A DNA stretch of 64,000 nucleotides, taken from the NCBI GenBank assembly GCA_965602395.1, contig CBFCYW010000006.1:5171-69170 (forward strand), in the 5' to 3' direction. Made by a program: the position numbers and the translations under genes. Shown one piece after another: positions 63,970 to 64,000 of this stretch; the first letter of the stretch is position 1; each line of letters opens with the position of its first letter. A model generated the notes under the pieces. That model searched no databases, was not told where the DNA came from, and was given only the letters and a program-made list of their open reading frames with translations. This stretch comes from an uncultured Chromatiales bacterium. GTDB taxonomy: Bacteria > Pseudomonadota > Gammaproteobacteria > CBFCYW01.

Positions 63970-64000
63970 GCGCTTGGGTCCTTGGGCTTTGGATGTTGTC

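Overview
High-GC gammaproteobacterial chromosome segment next to the replication origin: dnaN-recF-gyrB lie on the minus strand at the right end, with a perfect parS palindrome inside recF. Most of the window is core housekeeping: yrfG, cysQ, can, ampG, xth, pyrE, dsbA, cytochrome c4, yihA, hslVU-DUF971-ubiE-ubiJ-ubiB, lptM-lysA-dapF-yigA-xerC, deaD, envC-ctpA-yibQ and ubiD. The main accessory block is a ~14 kb quaternary-amine catabolic cluster (2766-16614). It holds a GlxA/AraC regulator, a betaine-type ABC transporter whose binding protein has a 1-nt frameshift, a choline-sulfatase-like enzyme, a CntA/YeaW-like Rieske oxygenase with no cognate reductase, two SDRs, a beta-keto-acid cleavage enzyme, an aldehyde dehydrogenase and a 3-hydroxyacid dehydrogenase. 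A shared 21-bp-period operator-like motif occurs at both of its promoter regions. Other oddities: a superoxide-reductase-like protein with a His->Asp ligand change, a ~185-nt rod-like hairpin between deaD and an RRM gene, two orphan TssJ-like lipoproteins, a CotH-kinase lipoprotein, a FimW-like protein and an orphan membrane-anchored TAXI protein. I saw no tRNA, rRNA, CRISPR array or transposase. All family assignments come from motif recognition by eye; no database searches were run.
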